NCBI GenBank assembly: GCA_963977015.1
Contig: CAXBMO010000010.1
Location: 1-64,000, forward strand
Source: an uncultured bacterium
Lineage (GTDB): Bacteria; Verrucomicrobiota; Verrucomicrobiia; Verrucomicrobiales; DEV007
Direction of reading: 5' to 3'
DNA: 64,000 nucleotides
How positions within the stretch are numbered: position 1 is the first letter of the stretch; the number at the start of each line of letters is the position of its first letter. The notes under the pieces are model-generated. The model searched no databases, was not told the origin of the DNA, and saw only the letters and a list, made by a program, of their open reading frames with translations. The position numbers and the translations under genes are program-made. Of this stretch, positions 39,822 to 48,060 are shown piece after piece.

Positions 39822-40739
39822 ATGCTTTCCTTTTCGACCGTTTGGAATAGTCACCGTCACACTGATGGAGAACGCATGTTGGGAGAGATTCGGACAATGG
39901 GCTTTGAGTCGATCGAGCTGGGGTCGAATCTGAAAATCAGTCAGCTTCCGGGCATTCGGCGCCTCCATCAGCGCAAGCGCATTCGCATCACGGCCCTTCG
40001 GAATTTCTGTCCGAGCCCGATTGAGGCCATCGCGCAACAATATGGGCGTTGTGAGTTCAGTTCGGCGGAAACCAAGGATCGGGAACGAGCCAAACAGCTT
40101 ACCCTGCAAACGATTGACTATGCCAAGGAACTGGATGCGGAATTCGTGATTGTTGATTTGGGGCAAACGGCCATGGATGAATACACCAATCGGCTGGTGA
40201 AGTATGTTCAGCGAAACGAAATCCATTCTCGAGACTATGTCAGGCACAAGCTCGCAGGTGTGAAGCTACGAGAAAAGGTCGGCCGCAAGGATCTTCAGCG
40301 GGCAAAGGAAAGCCTGGATTGGGTCGTTAATTATGCCGCGAAGAAGCAGGTGAAGATCGGGGTGACGATGCGGCGGGCCTATGAATCGCTCCCCAACGAA
40401 AGGGAAATGGTGGAACTGATGAAGGACTACGAAAAGAATCCCTTTGTCGGTTATTGGCACGATTTTGGGAGCGCCCAAGTGAAGGCCAATTTGGGACTCA
40501 TCAATCATCGCCAATGGTTGGAGAAAATGGAGCCCTTTATCATCGGTTGTCATTTGCATGATGTTCAGTGGCCAGACAAAACGCATTGCGTTCCGCTTTC
40601 CGGAATGATCGAGTTTGATGAGTTGATGGACATCATTCCGAGCCGAATCCCGATCGTTTGGGAATTGGATTCATCGCGGCGAAAGGCCGACATCAAACAG
40701 GCCTTGCCGGTTTGGGAGCAAAAATTTGGCATTAAGTAA
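39822..40739 (+). CDS. Xylose isomerase-like TIM barrel protein (possibly degenerate active site)
   Basis: GFESIELG, NFCP, TIDYAKELDA, GYWHDFG and GCHLHDV motifs. Confidence 0.8.
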   Translation: MLSFSTVWNSHRHTDGERMLGEIRTMGFESIELGSNLKISQLPGIRRLHQRKRIRITALRNFCPSPIEAIAQQYGRCEFSSAETKDRERAKQLTLQTIDYAKELDAEFVIVDLGQTAMDEYTNRLVKYVQRNEIHSRDYVRHKLAGVKLREKVGRKDLQRAKESLDWVVNYAAKKQVKIGVTMRRAYESLPNEREMVELMKDYEKNPFVGYWHDFGSAQVKANLGLINHRQWLEKMEPFIIGCHLHDVQWPDKTHCVPLSGMIEFDELMDIIPSRIPIVWELDSSRRKADIKQALPVWEQKFGIK

Positions 40740-40776
40740 TTAGAGGAATTTCGCAGATACCTTATTTTTACGGCAG

Positions 40777-41298
40777 ATGATTTCGATGATTCAGGACGGG
40801 GTTCAGTTCGTCAAAAAGAACGACCTACCAACCATTTGGGCAGCCTTTGTGAGTCACGACGCCCATCCATTGCTCCAATTCGTCAAGTATGGCGTATGTG
40901 GTGTGATGGCGGTGGTGGTGCACAATGCGATTTTTTACGCTCTCGCCTACACTCGGTTTCCAGCCATTGAGGGAATGACGATTGGTGACCAACCATTATC
41001 CGATGGGTTGAGAGCAAGGAATGTTGTGATCTGCAATTCGGTAGGCTTTGCCTTTGCCAACGTCGTTGCCTATTTGACCAACGTACTTTGGGTCTTTCGG
41101 TCAGGCCGCCATCATCGGGTGCTTGAGTTTGTGCTTTTCACCCTGGTTGCGCTCATTGGATTTGTTGCCGGGCTTGCAGGTGGACCTTTGCTGATCAAGC
41201 TGTTTGGAATATCGACCCACATTGCGCAGTTTCTTTTCGTGTTTACGTCAGTTGTGGTGAATTACCTCAGTCGTAAGTTTCTCATTTTCAAACGGTAA
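40777..41298 (+). CDS. GtrA family membrane protein
   Basis: QFVKYGVCG, AYLTNVLWVFRS and NYLSRKFLIF motifs. Confidence 0.88.
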   Translation: MISMIQDGVQFVKKNDLPTIWAAFVSHDAHPLLQFVKYGVCGVMAVVVHNAIFYALAYTRFPAIEGMTIGDQPLSDGLRARNVVICNSVGFAFANVVAYLTNVLWVFRSGRHHRVLEFVLFTLVALIGFVAGLAGGPLLIKLFGISTHIAQFLFVFTSVVVNYLSRKFLIFKR

Positions 41299-41360
41299 CA
41301 ATGTTTCCATAAATTGGGTTGATTGTTAGGGTTTCCTGAATATCTAGTGAGTGTACTAGT

Positions 41361-42197
41361 ATGATGGACTCCAAGGAAATCCGAAAACGCATTCGCCATT
41401 TAATCGCGGAGCAAGGCCCCGTTGCGAGGCGGGACGTTGTCGCAGCGTTTCGGAAGGACGGTGTTCCCAATGAGGAGATCGATAAAACGATCAACAAACT
41501 CATTAGTCTCCAAGTTCTTTATCCCTGTTCGCGCCAACGGGTTTGGGACCAGGATGAGAAGGCCCTGTTGATCGCGGAGGCCAAGCGGTTGATCGCTAAA
41601 GCGCCGCAAACCCGGGTCACGTTGTCAAGGGAGCTGGAGAAACTGGACACGGGTGCCAGCATCAATTTTCTGCGACAGGTTCTCTTTGAACAGCTTCAGG
41701 AAGATCCCGAGGTGTTCCTTCATTTTGGCCGCAACGGGCAGTTTTTGCTGAGCACGGAAAAGCCCGACGTGGAGGAGACCTTGAAGCCGGTGATTCCGCG
41801 AGTGCTGTCGCTTCAAAAAGCCGGTTACGATCGTGGAGAGTTGGAGTCAGCCCTTTTTGGAGGACAAGGCTCCTCTGGAACGTTTCAGGGAAGACTTCGG
41901 TCGCCCTCTCAGGAATCCGGGCTCGACTTTCAACGCGATGCTTGTGAATTGCTGGTTTTTGCCTGGCAAGACGCGGAGAGCGAGGAAACGCGCCAGAGTT
42001 TGGAAGGCGTCATGGTTACCTTGGGACTGGATCCGGTCGAAACGGCAGACAGCACGGCTGAGTTCAGCGGAGTGCTCCATCAATGCCGCGAAAAAGTCAG
42101 CAAAGGCGAGAAGGTGCGGGTGCAGTTGCCGGGATGGCGTCTCAAAAACAGCCGCGGCGATTATCTGATCGCGAAAGCCCACGTAGAGAAAATTTAA
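41361..42197 (+). CDS. Hypothetical protein: putative tandem winged-helix N-terminus plus GrpE-like C-terminal head
   Basis: C-terminal LGLDPV...EFSGVLHQ...GEKVRVQLPGWRL...LIAKAHVE resembles the GrpE beta-head. The N-terminus shows two helix-helix-helix-strand units. Confidence 0.75.
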   Translation: MMDSKEIRKRIRHLIAEQGPVARRDVVAAFRKDGVPNEEIDKTINKLISLQVLYPCSRQRVWDQDEKALLIAEAKRLIAKAPQTRVTLSRELEKLDTGASINFLRQVLFEQLQEDPEVFLHFGRNGQFLLSTEKPDVEETLKPVIPRVLSLQKAGYDRGELESALFGGQGSSGTFQGRLRSPSQESGLDFQRDACELLVFAWQDAESEETRQSLEGVMVTLGLDPVETADSTAEFSGVLHQCREKVSKGEKVRVQLPGWRLKNSRGDYLIAKAHVEKI

Positions 42198-42219
42198 ACA
42201 ACCGAGTTCACGAACCATT

Positions 42220-43569
42220 ATGTCATTCAACGAACAAACCATCTCGATCGACTTCGGAAACAGTTACTGCAAGGTCGGTTTGAGAATCGAAGGAAACGGA
42301 GACTCGCAGTTGTTGCGGGATGGAAGTTTCAGCTTCGATGAAGGGAATTTCTGCATCCCGACGATTGTGGGGCAGCGCAAAAGCGATGGAATTTTTCGCT
42401 ATGGAACGGAGGTGCTGGAGGAAGGAAGCGAGGACATCAAGGTCTACCGGAACTGGAAACCGCTCTTTTTCGAAGACAGCGATCAGGCGAGCCAGGATTC
42501 CCTGCGTAATGCTCTGATGGAAGATGGTCACGATGTCGAGGATCTCGCCCTGGGATATTTTACGTGGCTGCGTCGTCAGGTTGAGCCGATTTGCCGTCAA
42601 AATCATGAGCTCGAGGACCTCGAGAAACTTCCGGTCCGTATTACGCTGCCCGCGTTTGGAAATGTGGCTCGCGCGACGGAGCGTTTGGAAGAACTCCTTT
42701 CGGAGAGCGGTTGGGAGCTTTGCCATACCGAGCAAGCCATTCCCGAACCCGTTGCCAATGCGATCGGCGCATTTGCCCAGGGGCGTAACGCCGTTTGGTC
42801 GCCTCCCCAGATGCAGGGTGGCCGGCCGATGCCGATGCAAAGCGACAGTCTGATGCCTCATTATGGAACCATGTTTGAGGATTCACCTTTTCTTGAAGCG
42901 TTCCGGATGAACGCGATGCAGGATCTGGACGATCCCATGCATTGGGTGCTTGTTGTTGATTTGGGCGGATATACTCTCGATTTCGCGATGCTGGGGTTTG
43001 ACCTGGAAGATCTGAGCCAAACCTTCGATAGTTCGGCGCTGCAAAGCGATCCTCCTCGGTTCGCGAGGATTTCCTATCCTCTCGGTGTGATGGATCTCGA
43101 TCAGATGGTTCACGATGCGTTGCCGCCTGATCAGCAGGAAGCCATGCAAATCATGAATTCGGATGTTGATCAGCGGCGTCTCGAGACGTTCCACCGGCTT
43201 TGCTACAGCAATTTCCGCCCTTTCCGCGTTGGCCGGACGGAAATTGGCAGTGGTTCGAATGGCGAACTCGTGCGAGGCGCGGTGGACGCTTTTGCGGTCA
43301 AGATCCAGCAGCTTGCCGAGAAATTTATGGATTCTCATCAGTTCCCCCGCGTTGACCAACTGGTCCTCACCGGAGGTGGATCCAACATTCCGGCAGTTCG
43401 CAAAGTTCTCATCGATCAACTCCGGCCGGGGCACACCCACGGTGCGGTGAATCGAGAGGCGGAGCTCGGTGTGGAGGAAGATGTTTATACCGAGTTGGGC
43501 CACGATCTGGTGCGTGGTGCAACGGCGACCGGTGGAACGAGCGTCTACTTCGAGTTTTTGGCCAGTTAG
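42220..43569 (+). CDS. Hsp70/actin-fold ATPase (nucleotide-binding domain only)
   Basis: Phosphate-1 IDFGNSYCKVG, ITLPAF, connect IPEPVANAIG, phosphate-2 VVDLGGYTLDFA, adenosine LVLTGGGSNIPAV. The protein ends at 449 aa. Confidence 0.85.
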   Translation: MSFNEQTISIDFGNSYCKVGLRIEGNGDSQLLRDGSFSFDEGNFCIPTIVGQRKSDGIFRYGTEVLEEGSEDIKVYRNWKPLFFEDSDQASQDSLRNALMEDGHDVEDLALGYFTWLRRQVEPICRQNHELEDLEKLPVRITLPAFGNVARATERLEELLSESGWELCHTEQAIPEPVANAIGAFAQGRNAVWSPPQMQGGRPMPMQSDSLMPHYGTMFEDSPFLEAFRMNAMQDLDDPMHWVLVVDLGGYTLDFAMLGFDLEDLSQTFDSSALQSDPPRFARISYPLGVMDLDQMVHDALPPDQQEAMQIMNSDVDQRRLETFHRLCYSNFRPFRVGRTEIGSGSNGELVRGAVDAFAVKIQQLAEKFMDSHQFPRVDQLVLTGGGSNIPAVRKVLIDQLRPGHTHGAVNREAELGVEEDVYTELGHDLVRGATATGGTSVYFEFLAS

Positions 43570-43738
43570 AGCATTTGAAGTGGAGTTGGCGCAAATTGCG
43601 GTTCCTCTTCCTTCGGCGAAGCCTCACTTCTTTCCAGATCCTGGTCATCTTCATTGGCTAAAGGTTTACTTGAACTGCTCTCCAGCGACGATTCGCGGAA
43701 TGGGTGCGTTGTGCTAAGGGTGTGGTGAAACAAACCCT

Positions 43739-45208
43739 GTGCAGATCATCAAAGCCCTTCTTCTCAGCCTCGTGGTATTGGCCCACGTCCCGATTGTGTC
43801 GGGCGGCCAGCCCAACATTCTCTTCATCGTCTCAGACGATTTATCGGCCACGGCTCTGGGGGCCTACGGCAATGAAGTTTGTAAAACGCCGAATCTGGAT
43901 CGGTTGGCGAGCGAGGGAATCCAATTCAATCGAGCCTATTGTCAGTATCCCGTTTGCGGAGCTTCCCGGGCATCGTTCATGAGTGGATTGTATCCCGAAA
44001 CGACCGGCTTCTTGGGAAACATCAAGACCTTGGGGAGTTACCGAAAGGTGAATCCAACTTACGCGGACCATCCCAGCATTGGCGGGTTCCTGAGGCGAAA
44101 TGGTTATGTTTCCGCGCGCGTTTCCAAGATCTATCATATGGGCGTTCCCGGAGGAATTGAAGCGGGCGAACCGGGGGGCGATGAGCCGGATTCCTGGGAT
44201 CGCGCCTTCGATGTTTGGGCGCCGGAAACGGGGAGTCCGGGAGTTTTTACCAATCTTTCTCCGGCCCATAAGCATTGGGGAGGAGCTTTCGTGCGGGTTG
44301 TCGTTCCCGACGATCAATCCGCGACGCAAGCAGATGAAATGGCGACGACGCAGGCAATTGGGATCCTCGAGAATCGCGCCTTGCACCGAAATAATACCAA
44401 TTTTCTGAAGCCGGGAGCCCCGCTCTTTCTCGCCGTGGGATTGGTTCGTCCACATGTGCCTCTCGTTGCTCCCGAACGCCATTTCCGGCACTACAACGCA
44501 GAAAATGTAACGCTTCCTGAGGTTGTCGATGGTGATTTGGATGATGTGCCCGCTCCCAATCGTAAGAAAGCGAATGCGACTTCCTACAAGATGTCTCCGG
44601 ATCAGGCTCAGGAGGCGCTCGCGGCATATTACGCCAGCGTGACCTACATGGATGAACAGGTTGGCCGACTCCTTGATGCCCTCGATCGCCTGGAAATGGC
44701 AAACGACACCATCGTCGTCTTCATTTCGGACCATGGCTGGCTTTTGGGCGAGCATGGATCCTGGCAGAAGTCGAATCTGTTTGATCCCGCCTGCCGGGTT
44801 CCGCTGATCATTCGGGCGCCGGGACGACAAGTTGGTGCCGGTAGAGCTGACGCCCATTTGGTGGAGTTGGTCGACCTCTATCCGACGTTGGCCGAATTGG
44901 CCGGTTTGAAGGAAAAGGCACCCGAAAGTCTGGAGGGTCTCTCGCTCGTTCCGTTGCTCGAGAATCCCGACTTTTCGGGGTGGCCGCGAGAGGCAAGTTT
45001 GACGGTGATGGGAACTAAAAAGGCGACTCACCGATCGTTGCGATCCGAGGACTACCGCTACAGCCGGTATGCCGAGGGAGAAGAAGAACTCTACGATCAC
45101 GTCAACGATGCCCGCGAGATCACCAATCAAGCCAGCAATCCCGAGTTCGCACCGGTTCTGGATCGGCTTCGAAGCGCCATGGACGAAATCATCGCCAAAC
45201 CCAAATAA
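43739..45208 (+). CDS. Exported sulfatase (iduronate-2-sulfatase-like)
   Basis: PNILFIVSDDL, TPNLDRLA, CGASRAS (formylglycine motif), KIYH, RPHVP and SDHGW...HGSWQK motifs. Confidence 0.93.
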   Translation: MQIIKALLLSLVVLAHVPIVSGGQPNILFIVSDDLSATALGAYGNEVCKTPNLDRLASEGIQFNRAYCQYPVCGASRASFMSGLYPETTGFLGNIKTLGSYRKVNPTYADHPSIGGFLRRNGYVSARVSKIYHMGVPGGIEAGEPGGDEPDSWDRAFDVWAPETGSPGVFTNLSPAHKHWGGAFVRVVVPDDQSATQADEMATTQAIGILENRALHRNNTNFLKPGAPLFLAVGLVRPHVPLVAPERHFRHYNAENVTLPEVVDGDLDDVPAPNRKKANATSYKMSPDQAQEALAAYYASVTYMDEQVGRLLDALDRLEMANDTIVVFISDHGWLLGEHGSWQKSNLFDPACRVPLIIRAPGRQVGAGRADAHLVELVDLYPTLAELAGLKEKAPESLEGLSLVPLLENPDFSGWPREASLTVMGTKKATHRSLRSEDYRYSRYAEGEEELYDHVNDAREITNQASNPEFAPVLDRLRSAMDEIIAKPK

Positions 45209-45227
45209 CTGCATTTTCCCAACTCTG

Positions 45228-45650
45228 ATGAATCACATCTCTGAGCGACTCCTGAAGAGCGCCTATCACGTCGGCGAACTGCCATCCGGTGCCTTGTTGA
45301 TCAAAGACAACGCCATTTATCCGTGGTTTATGATCGTCCCCGCGGGCGAATTTACCGAATTGCTGGACTTGCCGAAGCCCTTACAGCTTCACCTGCTCGA
45401 GGACATCAACCAGCTTTCCCAATTCATCCTCAAACACTTGCCGGAATTTCAGAAGCTCAATGTGGGAGCGATTGGAAATGTCGTTCCGCAATTCCATTTC
45501 CATGTGGTCGGGCGCCATCAAGGTGATCCGGCGTGGCCCGGTCCCGTTTGGGGGCACCGCGAAAGCCGAAAATACGAGGATGGAGAGCTGACCCAACTCG
45601 TCGAAATGCTGGAAAATCACCTCGCGGAATTCACGAAACGCGAGGGGTAA
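45228..45650 (+). CDS. HIT family protein
   Basis: YPWFMIVP and KLNVGAIGNVVPQFHFHVVGR...DPAWPGPVWG motifs. ATG at 45228. Confidence 0.9.
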   Translation: MNHISERLLKSAYHVGELPSGALLIKDNAIYPWFMIVPAGEFTELLDLPKPLQLHLLEDINQLSQFILKHLPEFQKLNVGAIGNVVPQFHFHVVGRHQGDPAWPGPVWGHRESRKYEDGELTQLVEMLENHLAEFTKREG

Positions 45651-45654
45651 CCTG

Positions 45655-46413
45655 CTATTCGTCCTTATCCAGATATTCGAGTTCCTTCCGCATCACCCGG
45701 CCAACCCGGTGTTTGGCGAGGTAAACCTGGGCGCTGGTGACACCCAATTCCTTGCGGACCTCATCCACTTCCCAGCCCTTCACGACGTAACAGTAAAAAA
45801 TCTGATACTGCTGGGGTGAAACCTTGGCCTTGGTCCGCTTGAGCGCCATGTCGGTCAGGTTTCCCTTCCATTCCCGCTCCCAGAGGTGCTCAAACCCGAA
45901 ATTGGAGTTGTCGGGAATCATGTCCATCGTCGCGGTATTGCGATCATCGTAGGCGTCTTTGGGCCTTCCCTGATAGATCTCCTGCTGCTTGCGCGTCCGA
46001 AACTGATCCGCGATCCGCCATCGCGTCTGATTCATGAGCCACGCCTTGAACGAGCCTCCATCGCGGGTGAAGTTCTTCTTCTTCATGTTCTTCGCCACCC
46101 GAATGAAGGTTTCCTGAACCACTTCATTGGACTCGGTTTCGCTTAGACCCGCTTTGCAGGCGACCTTGAAGACAAAACTCGAGTAGGTCCGGAAAAACTC
46201 GTCCCAGCTAGCTTGATCGTCCCAATCCTTGAGCTTTTGAATCAGAGTTTTGCGTGTTGCCGGGTAGTTGAAGCCCTTCGATGCCTTTTTCTTGCCCTTG
46301 GTTACTTCGGCAGCGTCCTCTTCAACGACTTCGGCTTCTGATTCTTTCTCTGGTTCGCTCAAAATTTGGATTGCTGGGGTTTGCTTAGAAGAGCTTGATG
46401 GATTGGCGCTCAA
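45655..46413 (-). CDS. ECF-type sigma-70 factor
   Basis: TRKTLIQKLKDWDDQASWDEF, EVVQETF, SFKAWL and QVYLAKHRV motifs. Start uncertain (TTG). Confidence 0.88.
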   Translation of the reverse strand: MSANPSSSSKQTPAIQILSEPEKESEAEVVEEDAAEVTKGKKKASKGFNYPATRKTLIQKLKDWDDQASWDEFFRTYSSFVFKVACKAGLSETESNEVVQETFIRVAKNMKKKNFTRDGGSFKAWLMNQTRWRIADQFRTRKQQEIYQGRPKDAYDDRNTATMDMIPDNSNFGFEHLWEREWKGNLTDMALKRTKAKVSPQQYQIFYCYVVKGWEVDEVRKELGVTSAQVYLAKHRVGRVMRKELEYLDKDE

Positions 46414-46513
46414 AAATCACCGAAATCTTCCTCATGAGTGTAGCGGAGTTCGTTTCGAAACGCAGGGATTTTTTTGAGTTTGGAAAAGGCAGAATTCTGG
46501 AGAGACTTCAACA

Positions 46514-47035
46514 ATGAGCAAAATTGTTGTCCTGATGGGAGTTTCCGGTTCAGGAAAAAGCACCATTGGCGAAATTCTGGCGGATTGGACTGAGGGAAAA
46601 TACTATGACGGAGATGATTTCCACCCTGCCGAAAATGTGGCGAAAATGAGGGCGGGGATTCCCCTCACTGATGAGGATCGCAAAGGATGGTTTGAGGCTC
46701 TTGGCAAATTGGTGACCGAGCGAATGGCGCAGGATGAGTGGACGTTCATTGCCTGTTCCGCACTTCGCCGGCGCTATCGGGACCGGCTTCGGGAGGATGA
46801 TCCCAATCTCAAGTTTGTCTGGCTGGAAGGTTCGTTCGAACTGATTGAGAGCCGAATGCAGGCCCGGGAAGGGCATTACATGCCAGCAAGCCTGCTAAAG
46901 AGCCAGTTTGAGGCGCTTGAAGCGCCCGAGCTAGACGAAGAGATTCCGGAAATTTCGATCGAGCCCGATCCTCCGGAAATCGCCAAACGCGTTGCGGAAG
47001 CCCTCAGTTTTTCGGTGCCAGAGCAGAAGTGCTGA
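46514..47035 (+). CDS. gntK: Gluconokinase (GntK/IdnK type)
   Basis: MGVSGSGKST, DGDDFHP, PLTDEDR, ACSALRRRYR and HYMPASLLKSQFEALE motifs. Confidence 0.92.
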   Translation: MSKIVVLMGVSGSGKSTIGEILADWTEGKYYDGDDFHPAENVAKMRAGIPLTDEDRKGWFEALGKLVTERMAQDEWTFIACSALRRRYRDRLREDDPNLKFVWLEGSFELIESRMQAREGHYMPASLLKSQFEALEAPELDEEIPEISIEPDPPEIAKRVAEALSFSVPEQKC

Positions 47036-47297
47036 CGTAAGCCTCGATTCCGGTGCTGGATTCGACGAGCACGTAGCTGCCGGCATCCTGGAGAATTATT
47101 TTCACCTCGGTTCCGGGGGCGAACGTGCCATCCGGCGGGCGAGCTTGTTGCGGGCCGCCTACGTAATACGCGCTTGGTGTGTTTACCACGTGGGTAAAGT
47201 CGGTTTCGGGAGCGGGCGCCTCGGGGCCCGCATCATTGCAGCTGAGCAAGATCGCCGAACTGAACAGAAGGCTGATGAGAAGAGAGAGTTGTTTCAT
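47004..47297 (-). CDS. Small lipoprotein with SH3-like domain
   Basis: Lipobox LLSC; GTEVKII...GSYVLVE...GIEAYVSTSAL pattern. Confidence 0.7.
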   Translation of the reverse strand: MKQLSLLISLLFSSAILLSCNDAGPEAPAPETDFTHVVNTPSAYYVGGPQQARPPDGTFAPGTEVKIILQDAGSYVLVESSTGIEAYVSTSALAPKN

Positions 47298-47385
47298 GAT
47301 TCTTCCTGCCGATTTTTTGTCCTGTTAGACGGACCTTCACATTGCTTTTGCGTGACGATTGTTTTCGGGATACAGAGCGCAACCA

Positions 47386-48060
47386 ATGAGCGACCAAACC
47401 AAAGCCCGCAAGAAGAACTATCGCATCGGCAAAGTGGCGGCGGTTTTCATGTATCTTGTCACCATGACGATGCGGGTCAAATTGCACGATCATTGCGGCT
47501 TTCTTTCCAAGCGGCCGGATCATCCCATCATTCACGCAATTTGGCACAACAGCATTTTTTCCTGGCCCTACTCTTACCTGAAGTATTGGCCGGAACGATC
47601 GGGAGCAGCCCTGACAAGCGCCAGCAAGGACGGCGAGATTGTCGCGGGAGCCTTGGAATACTTCGGCATCTCTGCCGTCCGCGGTTCGAACTCACGCCGC
47701 GGTGTCGCCGCCCTCATCGAGCTCAAAAAATGGATTAACAACGGCTACGACATCGCCATTACCCCGGATGGTCCGCGGGGGCCCTGTCATTATCTGCAAC
47801 CTGGAATCGTGATGTTGGCAAAAAAGAGCGAGGCCGTCATCATGCCGTATCGCATCGAATATCAAAATTCGTGGCGATTGAAAACCTGGGATCGCTTCCA
47901 CATTCCCAAACCCTTTTCCCGGGCCGATGTCCACCTTGGTCCCTACATCCCGGTTCCCAGTGACCTTTCCGACGAGGCATTTGAGGCGGAGCGGTTGAAA
48001 ATTCAGGAAGCACTTGGCGGAGAACCTAATTCAGCAGCCAAGGACCCAGATCCTTCTTAG
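47386..48060 (+). CDS. DUF374 lysophospholipid acyltransferase family protein
   Basis: IWH, SASKDGEI, VRGSNSRRG, ITPDGPRGP and WDRFHIPKPFS motifs. Confidence 0.9.
   Translation: MSDQTKARKKNYRIGKVAAVFMYLVTMTMRVKLHDHCGFLSKRPDHPIIHAIWHNSIFSWPYSYLKYWPERSGAALTSASKDGEIVAGALEYFGISAVRGSNSRRGVAALIELKKWINNGYDIAITPDGPRGPCHYLQPGIVMLAKKSEAVIMPYRIEYQNSWRLKTWDRFHIPKPFSRADVHLGPYIPVPSDLSDEAFEAERLKIQEALGGEPNSAAKDPDPS

Noticed and set aside
43739-45208. Sulfatase motif CGASR rather than CxPxR
   Set aside because: CxAxR is a known functional variant of the formylglycine motif.
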